This document shows, piece by piece, positions 31,932 to 34,536 of a stretch of DNA of 34,536 bases (position 1 is its first letter; every line of letters starts with the position of its first letter). The notes under the pieces are model-generated. The model made no database searches. It worked only from the letters and a program-made list of their open reading frames with translations, and had not been told where the DNA came from. The stretch spans positions 1 to 34,536 of the forward strand of contig CANPZH010000001.1 in assembly GCA_947589335.1 (NCBI GenBank), read 5' to 3'. The position numbers were made by a program, and so were the translations under genes. Source of the stretch: an uncultured Clostridia bacterium. GTDB taxonomy: Bacteria > Bacillota > Clostridia > Christensenellales > Borkfalkiaceae.

Positions 31932-32008
31932 TGGTGTACCCGCCGGGGTTCGAACCCGGAGTCGACGGCGTCGGAGGCCGTAATGTTATCCAATTACACT
32001 ACGAGTAC
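31932..32008 (-). tRNA. tRNA-Arg (anticodon CCG), 77 nt with encoded CCA
   Basis: The minus strand reads GTACTCG TA GTGT AATTGGATA ACAT T ACGGC CTCCGAC GCCGT CGACT CCGGG TTCGAAC CCCGG CGGGTAC A CCA. All four stems pair (one G-T each in the acceptor and D stems), and the T-loop is the canonical TTCGAAC. Confidence 0.92.
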
Positions 32009-32310
32009 ATATTCAATTGATTCGCGTTCCGCCGCCTACGGCGTACTTCGCCCCTTTGGGGCTCGTGCCACCCTTCGACGACGAAATACGTGCGGGTGGT
32101 CGGGCCCGTAATGTTATCCAATTACACTACGAGTACATATTCAATTGATTCACGTTCCGCCGCCTACGGCGTACTTCGCCCCTTTGGGGCTCGTGCCACC
32201 CTTCGACGGCAAAATACGTGCGGGTGGTCGGAGGCCGTAATGTTATCCAATTACACTACGAGTACATATTCAATTGATTTACGTTCCGCCGCCTACGGCG
32301 TACTTCGCCC
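31971..32310 (-). repeat. Tandem repeat of 128-129 bp, 2.6 copies; each unit is tRNA-Arg nt 1-38 plus about 91 bp of upstream sequence
   Basis: Unit A at 31971-32099 is part of the real tRNA, unit B is at 32100-32227, and unit C at 32228-32310 is truncated. A and B differ at about 5 positions, including a 1-nt indel in the anticodon-loop region. Confidence 0.9.
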
Positions 32311-32323
32311 GAGAAGCAACCAC

Positions 32324-32332
32324 ATTATAGCA
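32324..32332 (-). promoter_or_regulatory. Extended -10 element (TGcTATAAT) upstream of the tRNA repeat array
   Basis: The minus strand reads TGCTATAAT at 32332-32324. It is the only strong -10 seen upstream of the tRNA and lies beyond repeat copy C. The -35 is poor. Confidence 0.45.
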
Positions 32333-32408
32333 TATCTTTCCGAAAAATGCTTTATATTTTCGCGCGAATATGGTAAAATAAAGAAAAATTTTTTCGGGAG
32401 GGGACGGA

Positions 32409-33482
32409 ATGGCGCAGAAGACGGTCGTCGTCGGAATGAGCGGCGGCGTAGACAGTTCGGTCGCCGCGCTGCTCTTGAAACGGCAAGGCTGCCGCGTTAT
32501 CGGGCTCTTCATGCGCAACTGGGAAGAGCGGGACGGCGCATGTCCTGCCGAGGAGGACTTCGAAGACGTCAAGCGCGTCTGCGGCGTGCTCGATATTCCC
32601 TATTACACCGTCGACTTTTCGCGGGAGTATCTCGACCGCGTCTTTTCCTACTTCCTTGCGGAGTACCGTGCGGGCAGAACGCCCAATCCCGACGTCCTCT
32701 GCAACCGCGAGATCAAATTCGGTCCCTTCAAGCAATACGCAAAGGAGCTCGGCGCAGACTTCATCGCCACCGGCCACTACTGCGGGATCGCGCATGAGGG
32801 CGGACTGCACCGTCTTCTGAAGGCGCGGGACGCGGGCAAGGACCAGACCTATTTTCTCAACCAGGTCACGCAGGACCAGCTCGACGGCGTGCTCTTCCCG
32901 CTGGCCGGTCTCGTCAAGGCGGAAGTGCGGCAGATCGCCGCGGAAAACGGGCTCGCGACAGCAAAAAAGAAGGACTCGACGGGCATCTGTTTCATCGGAG
33001 AGCGGAACTTCCGCAAGTTTTTGGGAGAATATCTTCCGGCGCAGCGGGGGAAGATCCTCACCCTCGGCGGCGAGGAAGTGGGCGAGCATTCGGGGCTCAT
33101 GTATTACACGCTCGGCCAGCGGCGGGGGCTCGACCTCGGCGGCAGAAAGGGCGAGGAGGGCAGATGGTTCGTCGTGCGGAAGGACCTCAAGGAGAACATC
33201 CTCTACGTCTCCCACGGCGACGAGACGCCCCTCTATTCGCACGCCTGCACGGTGACGGGCATGAACTTCATTCCCCGTCCTCCGGAGGAAGAGGAGTTTC
33301 TCTGCACCGCCAAGTTCCGCTATCGCCAGAGCGAGCAGGCCGTGCGCGTGACGAGGACGGGCGCGGACGCGGTCAAAATCGACTTTGCCGAGCCGCAGCG
33401 GGCGGTCACGCCCGGGCAGTATGCGGTGCTCTACGACGAGACGCAGTGCCTCGGCGGGGGCGTCATCGAGGAGGCGCTATGA
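32409..33482 (+). CDS. mnmA: tRNA 2-thiouridine(34) synthase
   Basis: The PP-loop [27 protein letters not shown] and [17 protein letters not shown] are present, and the length is typical. Confidence 0.92.
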   Translation: MAQKTVVVGMSGGVDSSVAALLLKRQGCRVIGLFMRNWEERDGACPAEEDFEDVKRVCGVLDIPYYTVDFSREYLDRVFSYFLAEYRAGRTPNPDVLCNREIKFGPFKQYAKELGADFIATGHYCGIAHEGGLHRLLKARDAGKDQTYFLNQVTQDQLDGVLFPLAGLVKAEVRQIAAENGLATAKKKDSTGICFIGERNFRKFLGEYLPAQRGKILTLGGEEVGEHSGLMYYTLGQRRGLDLGGRKGEEGRWFVVRKDLKENILYVSHGDETPLYSHACTVTGMNFIPRPPEEEEFLCTAKFRYRQSEQAVRVTRTGADAVKIDFAEPQRAVTPGQYAVLYDETQCLGGGVIEEAL

Positions 33483-34162
33483 TCGCGGACGAGGTCTTCA
33501 AATGGCGGGTCCCCGACTTCGGGCGTCTGCAGGCGGAGGGATTCCGGCGGGAGGGGGAGGCGTATGTCCGCGGGCAGGATCTCATGGACGGGCAGTTCCG
33601 TCTCACGGTTCAGATCCCGCTTTCTGGGCAGGTCCGTACGACGCTCACGGACGGGCTCACGGGCGAGCCCTATACCCTCTACCTCGTGGAGGAGGCGGCG
33701 GGCGAGTTCGTCGGCAGCGTGCGGGAGGAAGTCCGCCGCGCGCTCGAAGAGATCGCCTCCCGCGGATTCGTGCGGGAAGTGTTCCGAAGCGGGCAGACCC
33801 ATGCCCTGATCGCCCATGTCCGCGAAAAATACGGCGACGGGCCGGAGTATCTCTGGGAGAAGTTTCCCGATAACGCCGTCTTTCGCCGGAGAGACAACGG
33901 CAAATGGTACGGCGCCGTCCTCACGACCGCGAAGGAAAAGCTCGGCATGGCGGGGGAAGGACGCATCGAAATCCTCGACCTTCGCGCCGACCCGCGGGAC
34001 GCAGAACTGCTCGTTGACGGCGTCCGCATCTTCAAGGGCTGGCACATGAACAAGAAGCACTGGATCTCCCTTCCGCTCGACGGCACGCTCTCCTTGGAGG
34101 AGATCGCGGGGCTGTTGGAGGAGAGCTATCTCATCGCGGGGCGGAAGGCTGTGCGGGTATAA
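33479..34162 (+). CDS. MmcQ/YjbR family protein with an N-terminal extension
   Basis: An ATGA overlap couples it to mnmA. The C-terminal half, [26 protein letters not shown]...[17 protein letters not shown], matches the YjbR-family signature. Confidence 0.75.
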   Translation: MIADEVFKWRVPDFGRLQAEGFRREGEAYVRGQDLMDGQFRLTVQIPLSGQVRTTLTDGLTGEPYTLYLVEEAAGEFVGSVREEVRRALEEIASRGFVREVFRSGQTHALIAHVREKYGDGPEYLWEKFPDNAVFRRRDNGKWYGAVLTTAKEKLGMAGEGRIEILDLRADPRDAELLVDGVRIFKGWHMNKKHWISLPLDGTLSLEEIAGLLEESYLIAGRKAVRV

Positions 34163-34217
34163 AATTTTTGTCATCGGGCAATCATCTCCCTGCCGGTTTC
34201 GGGCGGGGAGGTGTTTT

Positions 34218-34536
34218 ATGAAGAAGGCAGCGGTGATCCTGTTGCTGGCTGCGGCGATCTGCGCCGTTGCCATGGCGTTCGGAGGCAGAGGGGAGGAGCA
34301 TGCCGAATATCTGCGCGTGCACATCCGCGCCAACTCCAACGGGGCGGAGGACCAGGCGGTCAAGTACCGCGTGCGGGACGGCGTCGTCGCCTATCTCACG
34401 CCGAAGGTCGCGGAATGCAAGACGAAGGCGGAGGCAATGGCGTGCGTGGAGGGCGAGCTGGGCGGAATCGGGGCGGCGGCGGAGGGCATTCTCCGCGCGA
34501 ACGGATTCGGCTATGGCGTGCGGGCGAGCCTGAGGC
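34218..34536 (+). CDS. spoIIR: Stage II sporulation protein R (N-terminal part; runs off the window)
   Basis: A GGGGAGGTG RBS precedes the ATG at 34218. A signal/TM segment is followed by EYLRVHIRANSNGAEDQAVKYRVRDGVVAYL, the SpoIIR signature (LRLHV-ANSD--DQ-LK--VRD). The frame is open to the window end. Confidence 0.75.
   Translation, partial: MKKAAVILLLAAAICAVAMAFGGRGEEHAEYLRVHIRANSNGAEDQAVKYRVRDGVVAYLTPKVAECKTKAEAMACVEGELGGIGAAAEGILRANGFGYGVRASLR

Noticed and set aside
31971-32310. Possible CRISPR array, given the regular repeats near a foreign gene.
   Set aside because: The units are 128-129 bp and directly abut each other with no unique spacers. They contain tRNA sequence, and there are no cas genes in the window.
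31920-32797. ORFs 31920-32111(+) and 32090-32797(+) containing repeated peptide SNYTTSTYSIDSRSAAYGVLRPFGARATLRR.
   Set aside because: The peptide repeat is simply the translation of the antisense strand of the tRNA-Arg 5' half and its tandem copies. The second ORF also runs out of frame into mnmA.
34157-34185. Sigma-F-type promoter upstream of spoIIR: GTATA at 34157-34161, about 15 nt of spacer, then GGGCAATCAT.
   Set aside because: The -35-like GTATA is present but the -10 matches the GGnnAnAHTR consensus only partially. This is too weak to annotate from sequence alone.

Overview
High-GC (about two-thirds G+C by eye) chromosomal segment from a spore-forming, Clostridia-like Firmicute. All family calls below come from reading motifs in the translations, because no database search was possible. 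Most genes are on the + strand and are housekeeping or sporulation genes. In order they are: a lipoprotein, ispE, an APH-type kinase, a NifS-like desulfurase, a spoIVFA/spoIVFB-like pair, RNase G/E and prmA-rsmE-mtaB-HIT. These are followed by a YwmB-like protein plus an M23 peptidase, comEC-holA, cdaA with only a 39-codon cdaR stub, a DUF1015-like protein and aspartate kinase. The window ends with a minus-strand nifS-nifU-rrf2 operon, mnmA, a YjbR-like protein and the start of spoIIR. Three parts are not ordinary. (1) A gene-free region of about 1 kb (14.1-14.9 kb) is packed with hairpins, inverted repeats and a 23-26 bp direct-repeat array. (2) Directly downstream lies a 1864-aa Upf1-like SF1 helicase (15066-20660). 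It has a DUF4011-like region, an apparently degenerate restriction-endonuclease-like domain and a DUF3320-like tail, and it is a candidate single-gene nucleic-acid surveillance or defence protein. (3) A tRNA-Arg(CCG) locus (30.5-32.3 kb) carries a ~1.25 kb AT-rich insertion bounded by direct repeats of the tRNA 3' end. The insertion has its own consensus promoter and encodes one orphan protein with two zinc ribbons and a PD-(D/E)xK-like domain, but no integrase. The same locus also has a second gene-less att-like duplication and 2.6 tandem copies of the tRNA 5' half plus its upstream region. A small hairpin motif with compensatory stem changes recurs in regions (1) and (3). No CRISPR array, rRNA or recognisable transposase was seen.
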